From a virus, in the IMG/VR virus record IMGVR_UViG_3300017783_000006, positions 1-64,000 of that record: a stretch of 64,000 nt of DNA; one strand, 5' to 3'. Positions 43,304 through 54,000 of the stretch are shown in pieces (position 1 is the stretch's first letter; each line of letters begins with the position of its first letter). Under the pieces are notes generated by a model. That model worked only from the letters and a program-made list of their open reading frames with translations. It was not told where the DNA came from and did not search any database. The translations under genes and the position numbers were made by a program.

Positions 43304-46300
43304 TTAGTCTGTTAGTGCTAGGATGAATGGTGTCATCGTTGTGAATAGTGCTTTAGTGAAGTCTCTACCAGAAATAGAACCAGTTGACTGATTAATAATA
43401 ATTCCATCACCGATTCTAAAATTACCTGCTTGGTCTGTGCTTGTGAATACAACAGAACCACCATTATTTTGAACAACTTCATTTTCTTGTATAGTTACAC
43501 CACCTTGTGCAGGTCGTGCTCCATTAATGTCGTTGCCAGCACCAATAAATTCAAAAGCATGAGATGAAGTAAGTTGTAAACTCAATCTCGACAAGAATGC
43601 TGTACTACCAGCACTTACGGTATTATTTAGGTTCTGTGCTAAGGATACAGTAGATAAACCAGAAACTGGTTTTGTTGCTTCAAGAATTGTATAATAAATT
43701 GGTTCCATAGCAGTTGCGGAAGCAGTTGCAGTCGTTCCTGCACCTGTAGGTCCAGCAATTGTTATATTTGGTGCTCCAACATATTGTGTTCCATTGGTAA
43801 CAACATTAATTTCAATAACAGAACCATTCTCTATAGTTGCAACTGCCTGTGCGGTAATGCCATTTGGACCTGTTGGTGCATCAATCGTTATTCTTGGTGG
43901 AACATCATAACCAGAACCACCATCAGTTACTCCAATAGTCTCAACAATTTCATATAAAGTATCGAAGTAAAGTGCTTGACCATCATATGGTCTTTGTGTT
44001 CCTACACCAGAGATTTCAATAACATTCTGTCCTCTTGATGCTTCTGCATTTACTTCACCGGTATATCTGTATATTGACTTAGATAATGGACCACCAACAC
44101 CTTCAGAAACAAGACCAAAAGTACCAAATGATGAGTTGGAGTTGGTTAAATCGCATTGACCACCAGACTCAGTATAAATTGCAATGTCGGTACAGATAGT
44201 GAAGATAGAAACTAACTGAGCATATGCACCATTAGTAACAGAAACTCCGATACCACCTTGATTGTATTGAGTATAAGAGTCAACTGACATTGAACCAGTG
44301 ACACCAATATCATCTTTATCACCAAGTTCTGCATCAAAACCGTTAATTCTCATTCCAATACTCTTTGGAATGAAGTTTGTGCAGTTTCTAATATATGGAC
44401 CTTGTGTGATTGGACCAACCCCAGGTGAGAATGAAGGATCATTTGGATTATTACTTCCAGCACCATTATTGCCAGGATATGTGGTATTGATACCAACACC
44501 TAGAATTGAGGGACCATTATCAATAATTAGATTGATTCCACCAATGCAAGAATAAATTGCCGAAACCACATTAGTACATCCACTTGGATGATTGTTCATC
44601 CCCGTGGATGAATCTGCTTGAATTGATAAATCTCTAACTTGAGTATATTCTGACTGATAATTAATTCGTTTTTGTACTTCTCCACCAGATGAATATGTAT
44701 GTGGAATTGTTGAAAGTCCAGTATTTACTTCAAATTGATTTGTATTTCCTACACCTAAGACTTCAAATGTATATCCATAATTTCCACTTGGATAGTAATA
44801 AGTTCCAACTCCAGTTGAGCAAGTAAATCCTAAACCACTTAGGGTTACAATATCACCAGTTTGCAATCCATGACCAACAGAAGTAATCGTTGTTATTCCA
44901 GTTCCACCATCATAATATGCTTGGATAACTGGGGTTGCAGCACCATCGGTTTTTCCTGCCCAATGTGAATTATTAACAATGGAACGACATACACTTGCTG
45001 CATATGTTAATGCATCCATAGTTTCTGTCTTAACTCCAACAATATGCTGAAGTGCATCACCACTATAATAACTCAATCCAGCACCAACACACTTAGAGTT
45101 TCCTCCTCTAGTGATATCATGCATTACTGCCTTCAGAACATCCTTTACATCGTCTCTGCAATTTTGAGAATCATCTGGATTTCCCTGTGCATCAAGAACT
45201 TGGAATGGTGGGTCTTGATAATCTGTGCTAGTTAAATATCCTACAGTTTCATGTGCAATAAAATCAATGTTATTGCGAATCAATCTTGCCCCATCAAAAA
45301 ATGCATTACCAGCAACTCCTAGTAATGGTTGGAATGCAATAACAGCAGCACCATCTTGTGCTTCTTGTCCTTGGAAACTTAAATCTGTAATATGACAAGC
45401 ATTATTTACATAGAATAAATCGTTGGCAGGATTTTGTGGACTAATTATACAGTTACGTAATTCTGCACCTTCTACAGCAACATTACGTCCTAAAATAATT
45501 GGATTATCTTCTACATAAATTCCAGGGAAAACTTTAATCGTATCACCTTCTTCTGCAATCAATGATGCTGATTTTACTGTTCTCTTAGTATCACTTTCAC
45601 TTAAACCAGAGTTTGTATCATCACCACCCTGTGAAACATAAATTGTTTTTCCAACTGGTTTAAATGCGGAAATAGTTACTTGTCCCTTTCCATTAGATGG
45701 ACTTAGAGTAATACCAATACCAGCAACAATTGTTGTAACAATACCACTTAAGAATTCACCACCACCAACAAATTGTGCTGCTGTTACAACACCAGTCACA
45801 TTCAGGTCATTAAAAGTTGCACCCTCAAGAGCAGAAAAGTCAATATTCGAGAATGTAGCAACACCTGCAACTCTTAAGTCTTGAACGGTAGAACCAGCAG
45901 AAACGTTAATACCATTAGTAACGTCTACTCTACCGACTAATGTGCCAATACCATTTGTCTCTAAGTTTTCAAAGAAATCAATTCCTAATGCTTCTTGGAA
46001 TGCATCTTTGGTGAAATCATCAATACCACCAATATTTCTTAATTCTGCAACACCAGTTGTACCGACACCAATAACTCTCTCTGAACCAACACCAATTGCT
46101 GCGAATGTACCAAATCCAGTTACATTTAGAAATTCGGTTTCAATACTTGGAGCAATAATTGAACCAGCACTGTCTTGGAAAATAACAGTATTAAAAATAG
46201 CAGTTCCAGCAACTGCTACATTAGTGAAATCTGCTTGACCAGAAGAATATATGTCTGAAAATGTAGAAAATCCACTTACATTAAGTGCATTTAAATTTGA

Positions 46301-47077
46301 AATATCCAAAGATGATAGTAATGTATCTCTTGTATTACTATCAATACCTCCTAAGTTACTAATCAATGTTGGTGTAATATCACCAACTGTTATAGAACTA
46401 ATCCCCAAGTTACCAGAAATATAAGCATTTCCTTCAACATGTAAATTCCATTGGGGTGATGCTGTACCTATACCAAAACTAATAGTATCAGGAATATAAG
46501 TCAGTTCAAGTGAATCTGTAAAGACACTTGTATCTGTATCTGTAAACTTAACAAAAGTTAAATATTGTACATCGACATCATCTGGATTATTTTGAGCACT
46601 GATTGAAACCGCAGCACCAACAGATGCAAATGCAGTTCCAGTAATATCAATATCATAAGCACCAGTTAATCTTTCTGATGGGATAATACCATCAGTAATT
46701 CTAGAAGCATCACTTAAAGAATTTGCAGTCTCTGCAATACCAGTGATATTGGCATCATACGTTCCATCAAGTCTTCCTCTAGGAACAGTTCCTCCAGTTA
46801 TTTCATCTGCATTTGTTAGTGCATTAGCAGATGCAACAGAAACATTATAGAAACCCGACAGTCTATCTGCAGGAACTGTCCCTGAAACAATATTGCTTGC
46901 ACTTGCTAGTATTGTTGCAGTCGTAGCAGTACCAACTAAATCACCTTTAAATTGATTTGCCGTAACCGTAGTTGCTCCAACAATTCCATTATCTGTCAGA
47001 TTTAAATTATCACCAGGTTGTATTTCCTGTATCTGACCAGATTGGGAATTTGCTATTAATGGATATCTATCTGCCAT
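43304..47077 (-). CDS. large virion structural or fibre protein
   Basis: A..IT.GT.P..RL.G.Y repeats, beta-helix-like segment, G.GY..P.I repeats. Confidence 0.75.
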   Translation of the reverse strand: MADRYPLIANSQSGQIQEIQPGDNLNLTDNGIVGATTVTANQFKGDLVGTATTATILASASNIVSGTVPADRLSGFYNVSVASANALTNADEITGGTVPRGRLDGTYDANITGIAETANSLSDASRITDGIIPSERLTGAYDIDITGTAFASVGAAVSISAQNNPDDVDVQYLTFVKFTDTDTSVFTDSLELTYIPDTISFGIGTASPQWNLHVEGNAYISGNLGISSITVGDITPTLISNLGGIDSNTRDTLLSSLDISNLNALNVSGFSTFSDIYSSGQADFTNVAVAGTAIFNTVIFQDSAGSIIAPSIETEFLNVTGFGTFAAIGVGSERVIGVGTTGVAELRNIGGIDDFTKDAFQEALGIDFFENLETNGIGTLVGRVDVTNGINVSAGSTVQDLRVAGVATFSNIDFSALEGATFNDLNVTGVVTAAQFVGGGEFLSGIVTTIVAGIGITLSPSNGKGQVTISAFKPVGKTIYVSQGGDDTNSGLSESDTKRTVKSASLIAEEGDTIKVFPGIYVEDNPIILGRNVAVEGAELRNCIISPQNPANDLFYVNNACHITDLSFQGQEAQDGAAVIAFQPLLGVAGNAFFDGARLIRNNIDFIAHETVGYLTSTDYQDPPFQVLDAQGNPDDSQNCRDDVKDVLKAVMHDITRGGNSKCVGAGLSYYSGDALQHIVGVKTETMDALTYAASVCRSIVNNSHWAGKTDGAATPVIQAYYDGGTGITTITSVGHGLQTGDIVTLSGLGFTCSTGVGTYYYPSGNYGYTFEVLGVGNTNQFEVNTGLSTIPHTYSSGGEVQKRINYQSEYTQVRDLSIQADSSTGMNNHPSGCTNVVSAIYSCIGGINLIIDNGPSILGVGINTTYPGNNGAGSNNPNDPSFSPGVGPITQGPYIRNCTNFIPKSIGMRINGFDAELGDKDDIGVTGSMSVDSYTQYNQGGIGVSVTNGAYAQLVSIFTICTDIAIYTESGGQCDLTNSNSSFGTFGLVSEGVGGPLSKSIYRYTGEVNAEASRGQNVIEISGVGTQRPYDGQALYFDTLYEIVETIGVTDGGSGYDVPPRITIDAPTGPNGITAQAVATIENGSVIEINVVTNGTQYVGAPNITIAGPTGAGTTATASATAMEPIYYTILEATKPVSGLSTVSLAQNLNNTVSAGSTAFLSRLSLQLTSSHAFEFIGAGNDINGARPAQGGVTIQENEVVQNNGGSVVFTSTDQAGNFRIGDGIIINQSTGSISGRDFTKALFTTMTPFILALTD

Positions 47078-47127
47078 TAGATGTCTGATTACTTTTTTCC
47101 ATATAATATATAGGTTCCCAACAAGAA

Positions 47128-48849
47128 TCAGTTTTCATATTCAGAATAATCACTATTTTTTAAAGTACTTAATCTATCTTTAATATCTTTGATGTCATCT
47201 CTAATAGATGCTGCTGCTTGAAGTAAAGACCAAGCAAATAATTGAAGTCTATCCTTTTCTTCTTTTAATGCTCTAGACTCGTCAATTATCCTTAGTGTTG
47301 GTTGTTTATATTTAGAGATAGCATTAGATAAATCATCCAAAGCATCATCAATATCATTGTCATAACCACTACATCCAGATCCTCCACCTGGTGGTGATGA
47401 AGTATATCCATATGTTGCTGTACTTTGTGTTCCCCCAATGGTTACTTTTGTTCCGAGTGATGCATATACTGCAGAACCAGGGATAACTTGGTTAAACTGA
47501 CCATAAGTATTAGATGTTACTGTTGGCCATTGTTGATTACCAATCCAATAATCTGCTCTTCCAGCACCAACTCTAGGTTCTTCAACGGCATCAATTATAA
47601 AGTCATCACCTGGACGACTAATTCTTATTTCTTCAGATGCAGTAAATGGATTCCATGACGCAGAGGATTGACATCCGTTATCTGTATATTCAACACTATG
47701 CCCTGCACCTAGATTTCCATCACCTCGTCCTTTAATTGCTTCAATTCTTTCGGGGACATATGGATTTCCAATAGGATTAAAATTTCCTATACGATCATCA
47801 TCATTTTCAACATCAATTACATAAAATCTTTCACTTGTCGCAAAACCACTTGAAACAGTTGAAAGATAAAAACCAACTGTTTCTGTAATAACACCTACCC
47901 TAAAAGCACCTTCTTGGAAAGCATTAATAGCAGGTTTATCTATTGTTAGTGTCGGTACAGTAATTGTTGAAACACTTAAAACACCATCTGAATTGTAATA
48001 GTATAGTTCATAGTTGTCTGTGCCAAAACCAGTGATAGCAGTATATCCATCAGCAGACAAATATTCACCAAATCCAGCAGTGGCACCAGAACCAATTGGT
48101 TCTAACAAAATCATTCCAGTAGTTAAATTGCTACTATCACCTCCTCCAAAATGGTAAAAAGTATTACTACCTGTCGTAATACCACCAATAATTGAAGTAC
48201 TAATTCCTATTACTTGTGTTGTTCCAATGCTTACAATTTCTGGTAAATTTCCAGGTTGAAAAACTTGAGGATTACTTAAGTCATCAGTAATAATATTTCC
48301 AACTTTAATTTCTCCTGGAGCATTTGGGGTTTCATCACCAAATTGACCTAAGTCCATTCCTACTGCTAAATCACCAGAATTTATGAATCCAATAAAATCA
48401 CTTATTAATTCTGAACCATAATCTCTATCCATTGGTCTTTGCCAATACTTTATTCCATGATAATTAGTATGTCCATGTACACCATCATCTCCATTGCATC
48501 CATCTGGACCACCATTTATTACAACTTCATAAACTTGAAAACTCTCTGAACTTTGTACTCCACCTTGACCGGAGTTAGTTACAGTGTAGGAATCCACCAG
48601 TTCCCATATCAAATTAGTTCTACAACCAGCATTAAATCTATCAGTATATGCCTTTTTAACTTTATTTACGGCATCATTAATCCTTTCTACATTATGAGCT
48701 CCATCTCTGTCCATATTGACTACGACATCATAAACTTCATCAATTTGAACATCGATTAAAGTTAATTGATCTAATACCCCCACTTTTTGTTTTTCTTTAC
48801 TTTCTAACTCCTCTTCTAATCTCTCAATAATACGTTGAACTACAGACAT
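47128..48849 (-). CDS. virion structural protein with coiled-coil termini
   Basis: Position in the baseplate cluster; late promoter upstream. Confidence 0.6.
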   Translation of the reverse strand: MSVVQRIIERLEEELESKEKQKVGVLDQLTLIDVQIDEVYDVVVNMDRDGAHNVERINDAVNKVKKAYTDRFNAGCRTNLIWELVDSYTVTNSGQGGVQSSESFQVYEVVINGGPDGCNGDDGVHGHTNYHGIKYWQRPMDRDYGSELISDFIGFINSGDLAVGMDLGQFGDETPNAPGEIKVGNIITDDLSNPQVFQPGNLPEIVSIGTTQVIGISTSIIGGITTGSNTFYHFGGGDSSNLTTGMILLEPIGSGATAGFGEYLSADGYTAITGFGTDNYELYYYNSDGVLSVSTITVPTLTIDKPAINAFQEGAFRVGVITETVGFYLSTVSSGFATSERFYVIDVENDDDRIGNFNPIGNPYVPERIEAIKGRGDGNLGAGHSVEYTDNGCQSSASWNPFTASEEIRISRPGDDFIIDAVEEPRVGAGRADYWIGNQQWPTVTSNTYGQFNQVIPGSAVYASLGTKVTIGGTQSTATYGYTSSPPGGGSGCSGYDNDIDDALDDLSNAISKYKQPTLRIIDESRALKEEKDRLQLFAWSLLQAAASIRDDIKDIKDRLSTLKNSDYSEYEN

Positions 48850-48892
48850 AATATTATTTTCTAAAAAATCTTTTTATAATGGTATTTATTTC

Positions 48893-49576
48893 TTATAACT
48901 GCTTCCATTGAGATGGGTGAGTGCATCCTTGGTGATGCTTATAATATTCTGGTTTAAGTGTGACTCTTAAATCACCAGCAATTGCACATCTTTCATTTAC
49001 TCTTGGAATTGTCTTTTTTGTATGATGATAAGTTCCTGTTGGCATCAATAACACTGTTCCCTCATGTGGGGTTATGGTATAATGGTTGCAATTAAATTTA
49101 TTAAAACCAGTCATAACATTATGCTTATCCGCAACATCAAACCAACCTTCGCATACTTGGTTATGATTATCATCTGGCATTCTACTTACAACGAATTTAT
49201 CGGAACTGTCGTCAGTATTTAAGTAATATACAAAACTTATATTTGCTTCGTTATGTTTATGAAATGCTAATGAGGGGGTAGTATCATCACGATGATATAC
49301 TACCCAAGATTTTACAATATGATAATCCATCAAATTATAATTAATTCCAAGAACTTCTAGATATTCATTTAATGCTTCTTTTAGTGAAACAAAGAAATCA
49401 GAATATTCTTCTTTTAGATGTACAAAGATTCTAGAAGATGCTTCTGGAGATTCGTATTCATATCCATTAAACCAATATTGTTTCAAACTTTCAAAATGTT
49501 TTTCCTTGAATTCAGAATGACATTTTATTTCAGTCTGATGAACTGCTAAGGGAAAAACCTCATGCGTTTTGCTCAT
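48893..49576 (-). CDS. putative 2OG-Fe(II) oxygenase (TIGR02466-like)
   Basis: SW..HKH..NISFVYY..P.EG..P...H..R..IAGD. Confidence 0.8.
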   Translation of the reverse strand: MSKTHEVFPLAVHQTEIKCHSEFKEKHFESLKQYWFNGYEYESPEASSRIFVHLKEEYSDFFVSLKEALNEYLEVLGINYNLMDYHIVKSWVVYHRDDTTPSLAFHKHNEANISFVYYLNTDDSSDKFVVSRMPDDNHNQVCEGWFDVADKHNVMTGFNKFNCNHYTITPHEGTVLLMPTGTYHHTKKTIPRVNERCAIAGDLRVTLKPEYYKHHQGCTHPSQWKQL

Positions 49577-49582
49577 ATTATA

Positions 49583-50476
49583 TCATAACTTATATTCACT
49601 ATTATCTCCTGGATAATCTTCTGCTGTCAACCCCTTGTATTCTGGAATATTTTTAGCAACATCTTTTCTTTCAGCAGTTATTGTGTAGTAACAATCAATC
49701 TTTGAACCATTATTGTTTTTTATAATTATAGTTTGACCCCACTCTATCCTGTCAAAGTATAATTCCTGATGCATTTTAATCGGAGTCAATTGAACTCCTA
49801 GAGTTTCCATATCAACCAATCCCTTCCAATAATCTGGTATTTCTATTTTATTATTATTTGTTAGTCTTCCCCTAAAATAAACCTCTGCTGCTGGTCCTTC
49901 AAGACAGACGTAACGTAATCTATGATCTTTTTTAGTGGGATGTAAAATATCAAATGGTTTTTTAGAAACTGCAATCGTAAACGCCTTCGTTGCAACCTTA
50001 AAGGTTGCATTTAATGAAGCAGCAGAAGAAAGAACGTCAGCAGCCGATACAATTCCTCCAACAGTTAATTTACCTGCAACAAATGCACCTGCATTATCAA
50101 CAGATGTTCCATTTCCTATATTAATAGCATTTTTTAAGTCAACACCATTCTTCAAACTCAATGCATTCTTAATTGTGGTTCCCAACTTTGTTGTTAATCC
50201 AGTAAATGTACTAATAGCAAATACATTTAATGTTCCGACGATGTTTGTAATTCCAGTTACTTCCAATGATGCGGGAGCTGATAGACCAGGGAGAGGTGGT
50301 CCAATCATTACTGTTGCTCTAGCAAGACCAACTTGTAGTGTTGCACCACAGTAAACTGGTCCATTTAAAACTGCTGTTCCAGGACTAACTCTACCAGTAC
50401 CAGATAAAAATGAAGTATCTACTTGTCCAACTATAAGTTTATCTCCTACAGTGGAAATAGATGAAAGTGCTGGCAT
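49583..50476 (-). CDS. baseplate or spike-associated structural protein
   Basis: KPFDI.HP.K...RLR..CLEGP...VY.RG...PDYW..LVD C-terminal domain. Confidence 0.6.
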   Translation of the reverse strand: MPALSSISTVGDKLIVGQVDTSFLSGTGRVSPGTAVLNGPVYCGATLQVGLARATVMIGPPLPGLSAPASLEVTGITNIVGTLNVFAISTFTGLTTKLGTTIKNALSLKNGVDLKNAINIGNGTSVDNAGAFVAGKLTVGGIVSAADVLSSAASLNATFKVATKAFTIAVSKKPFDILHPTKKDHRLRYVCLEGPAAEVYFRGRLTNNNKIEIPDYWKGLVDMETLGVQLTPIKMHQELYFDRIEWGQTIIIKNNNGSKIDCYYTITAERKDVAKNIPEYKGLTAEDYPGDNSEYKL

Positions 50477-50478
50477 AA

Positions 50479-51036
50479 TTAACCACCTATAATTTTCAAG
50501 AATTTTTTAAGATTTCCTAAACTATTCAGAAGTTGTCCAATAAATGAACCTTGGAATATATCAACCAAAGAAGCACTAGACTGCTGAACACCAGCTGCTG
50601 ATTCTACATAGTTACCCAATAATGATGTAGAACTAGTTGCAGCAATATCAATATTTGTTCCTCTTACTCTACTTGCAGGAGCATCCATTTCAACGATTTT
50701 TCCTGCTTGAATGGTTACTTCACCATCACCTGCCTCACCCATTATACGAATACTCTTTGCTTTTAATGTAATTTGACCATTTGGTGCTTCAAGAACAATA
50801 TCACCATTTTTTGCTTGTATTACTTTTGCTGGTTCACCTTCTTGTGAATTGAGACCACAAACTTCTGTTGAATTTTTTAGAGCAATATCTGATTTATCAC
50901 CATCTTGATAATAAGTAAATCCAGTGGCCTCATCAGTAATGACAGAATAAGAACATTTTTTACCACCAATTACTGTTCCAGCCTGAACTCTGTATCCATA
51001 ACCTTGTTGCCACCATTCCTTTTCCTGTTCTGCCAT
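50479..51036 (-). CDS. gp5 C-terminal-like spike protein
   Basis: I.A.NGDI.L.A.NG.I.L.A beta repeats, downstream of gp5. Confidence 0.55.
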   Translation of the reverse strand: MAEQEKEWWQQGYGYRVQAGTVIGGKKCSYSVITDEATGFTYYQDGDKSDIALKNSTEVCGLNSQEGEPAKVIQAKNGDIVLEAPNGQITLKAKSIRIMGEAGDGEVTIQAGKIVEMDAPASRVRGTNIDIAATSSTSLLGNYVESAAGVQQSSASLVDIFQGSFIGQLLNSLGNLKKFLKIIGG

Positions 51037-51065
51037 TTAATACACAAACTGGTTTTCTTTATTTA

Positions 51066-54000
51066 TTATACACAATCGACGAAAGAAACAATACCAACTT
51101 GGTTGACCGTTCTGATCTTTGTATATAGTGGAGTATATTTAAGGATTGGGTATATAGATGCACCATCACCAGTATTGGTAATTATTTCTATAGTAGGATA
51201 TTCTGAAAATCTAGAATTACAAGTAAGAGAAGTTACTCCAATTATAGAACCATTAGGTGCAAGTAATGGAATATATGAACATGGACCTATCACAACTCTA
51301 TCACCAGAAGTATATCCAATACCTGGAGTTACTGGAACGACAGAGGTAATTATACCAACACTGGTAGTTCCAACACCTACTGGTCTATCAATTAATGGAA
51401 TATTGACTAAACCTTTTCCGTTATTCAACGATAAAGATAAAATATTATTTTCATTTGGGAAGTTATCTTCAATTGTTTGAATTTGTAGTGTACTTATGTT
51501 GGATTGTACAATAAACTCTCCTTGTAATTTAGTACCTGAAGCCAAATCATCTGGAGTTACACCACTGATAGTATATCCAACTTTTTCACCATCATCTATG
51601 TTTTTCGTAGACAATGTAACAACAAATGATTCCCCTTCACTAACTCTAGGTTTATTACTAGACAATTTATAAGTAGCACCAGGAACTACAGGTTCTCTTT
51701 TATTAATTAATGGAACCTGAATTGAACTCCTTCCATTATTCAGTGTTAATCGAATAACTTTATCTTCTTCAGAATTATTTCTTAAAGTTTTAATTAAAAC
51801 TTGACTTTTATTTGAATTAACAACAAAATTTCCAGTTAAAGAACTTCCAGCAAATAAGTCATCAGAAGTTACACCACTAATTGTGTATGAAACTCTTTGT
51901 CCATCATCAAGGTTAGTTGTTGATAGAGTAATTAATACATTTTCACCTTTAAGAACTGTTGGTTTATCACTAACCAGTTTATACCGAACACCAGTATCAG
52001 GATCTGGTCCTGGTGTAGGTCCAGGAGGAGTAGGGGGTCCAGGTGGTTGTGGTGTAGGAGTAGGACCAGGAGGTTGTGGAGTAGGTCCAGGAGGAGTAGG
52101 GGGTCCAGGTGGAGTAGGGGATGTATCCGTAATACTAACTGATGCAAATGCTCTCCCATTATTTAAAGTCATCTTCATGACTTCAAATACTTCATTTAAG
52201 GAATCTAAAGCAGTTTCAATCGTGACAGTTGCTTGTCCATTATTTCCGATAGTAAACACACCAGTAGTATTTCCACCTACAACATCACCACCAGATATTC
52301 CAGATAGTGAATATCCAACTGAAGTATTACTGGGGACATTAGTTGTTGTTAAAGTAAATGTTACAGAATCTCCCTCATTTATAGAAGTTTCAGATGCACT
52401 AAGAGCATATGTAGCATTTACTGGTGGGGTTGGCTCTGGAGGTTGTGGTGGAAGAATAGGGGGAGGAACAGGAGTAGGTGGTGTAGGTCCAGGAGTAGGT
52501 GGAGTAGGAGGAGGAGTAGGACCAGGAGTAGGTGGAGTAGGAGTGGGTGGAGTAGGACCAGTATTTCCACCACCAGGAGGAGGTGGTGCAATACCAGGAG
52601 GTGACTCACTAGGATCTGTTGGTTCTGGTACTAGTAAAGGAGTAGCCAAATCATTTACAAACACTAAAGTATTTGCAACTAATGTTCCATCTTTATCAAA
52701 AAGATTAAAGAACATTGTTTCAACTGCTTCTGGTTCACTATCTTGTTCTACTTTGATAGTCAACGATGCAGTATTATTATTAATTTTTATTTTTTTATTT
52801 AACTGTTTCAAATTAACATCACTTAAATTGATGTCACCACTAATCTCATATTCTAATTTTGTACCATCAGGAATATTTGTCGTGTTAATAGTAAACTGTA
52901 CGGTATCACCTTCAAATACTGTATATTTGTTTGCTGTAACAAGATATGTTGGAGGTGATACTAGATTTGTATAATCACCTTTACAAAATCCACTTCCTGC
53001 ATTAACAACATATATTCCACTAATACTTCCGTTTTCTATATTTACACCAAGTTCTGCTCCAGTACCATGATTTGTATTATCAATAATTACTGCTGTTGGT
53101 GCTTTCTTATATCCTTTACCCGCATTAAGAACTTCAACAGTTAAAATTGAACCATTATCAGCAACAATAGGAACTGCCGATGCCTGTATTCCATCACCGT
53201 ATATTCTAATTTCTGGTGGTATACATATTGCTGCTTTTATTCCTGGTGGTAGTGGTGTTATGCTGTCTTGTCTTGATGGATTAATTGATTCTTTAGAACA
53301 ACTCTTAAATGGTGAATTTCCAGTATAACCAAATAATGAAGTAAAACCCATTGCTTGGTCAATGTCATCATTGACACCTTTAAGAAGATCCAATTTACTT
53401 AATGTTCTTGCCCAACTATCTTTATAATTTCTAAGTGGTCCAGTCAAAGGACTCCATGTTGATGCGGGTTGACACTTTAATTGATCGCAACCTATGAAAT
53501 TTAAAATCTGCTGTGCAACAGCAGATACTTGACTTAATACACTACTAATCTGAGATAATCCACCCAATAACCAGTCAAGTCCAGACATGATTGGTTCTAG
53601 TAAATCATCAAGAAATTCCATCATTTTTCCAAGAATACCAGCAGTAAACTCCTCAGCAGCACAAAGAGGTGCATTGATAACTCTGCCAACCATATTGGTT
53701 AGTAGATTTTCAATAAATTGTAAGAGTTTTGGTAATAAATTTTCAAATAAACAAAAGATAATATTGATGATATTTTTTGTTGCTTCTGCTACTGGAGCAT
53801 GTTGTGGTAATGGTAAAACTTTTGCAATAAAATCCCTAAACAGTGATGTTACAAGATTTATAATTGCACTTCTCATATTATTGACAATGAATTTCACAAT
53901 GCCAGCAATTCTGTTTGCAAAACCCTTTATTGATTGTGTAATATCAACAAATGTATTTGCAATTGGGTCAATGTAACTTCCTTGGAATTCTTGTATAACA

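Noticed and set aside
51883-52974. 363-aa Gly-rich plus-strand ORF, and other plus-strand ORFs such as 18680-19201, 7009-7233 and 59378-59920
   Set aside because: Antisense shadows of well-supported minus-strand genes or RNAs, with no independent motifs.
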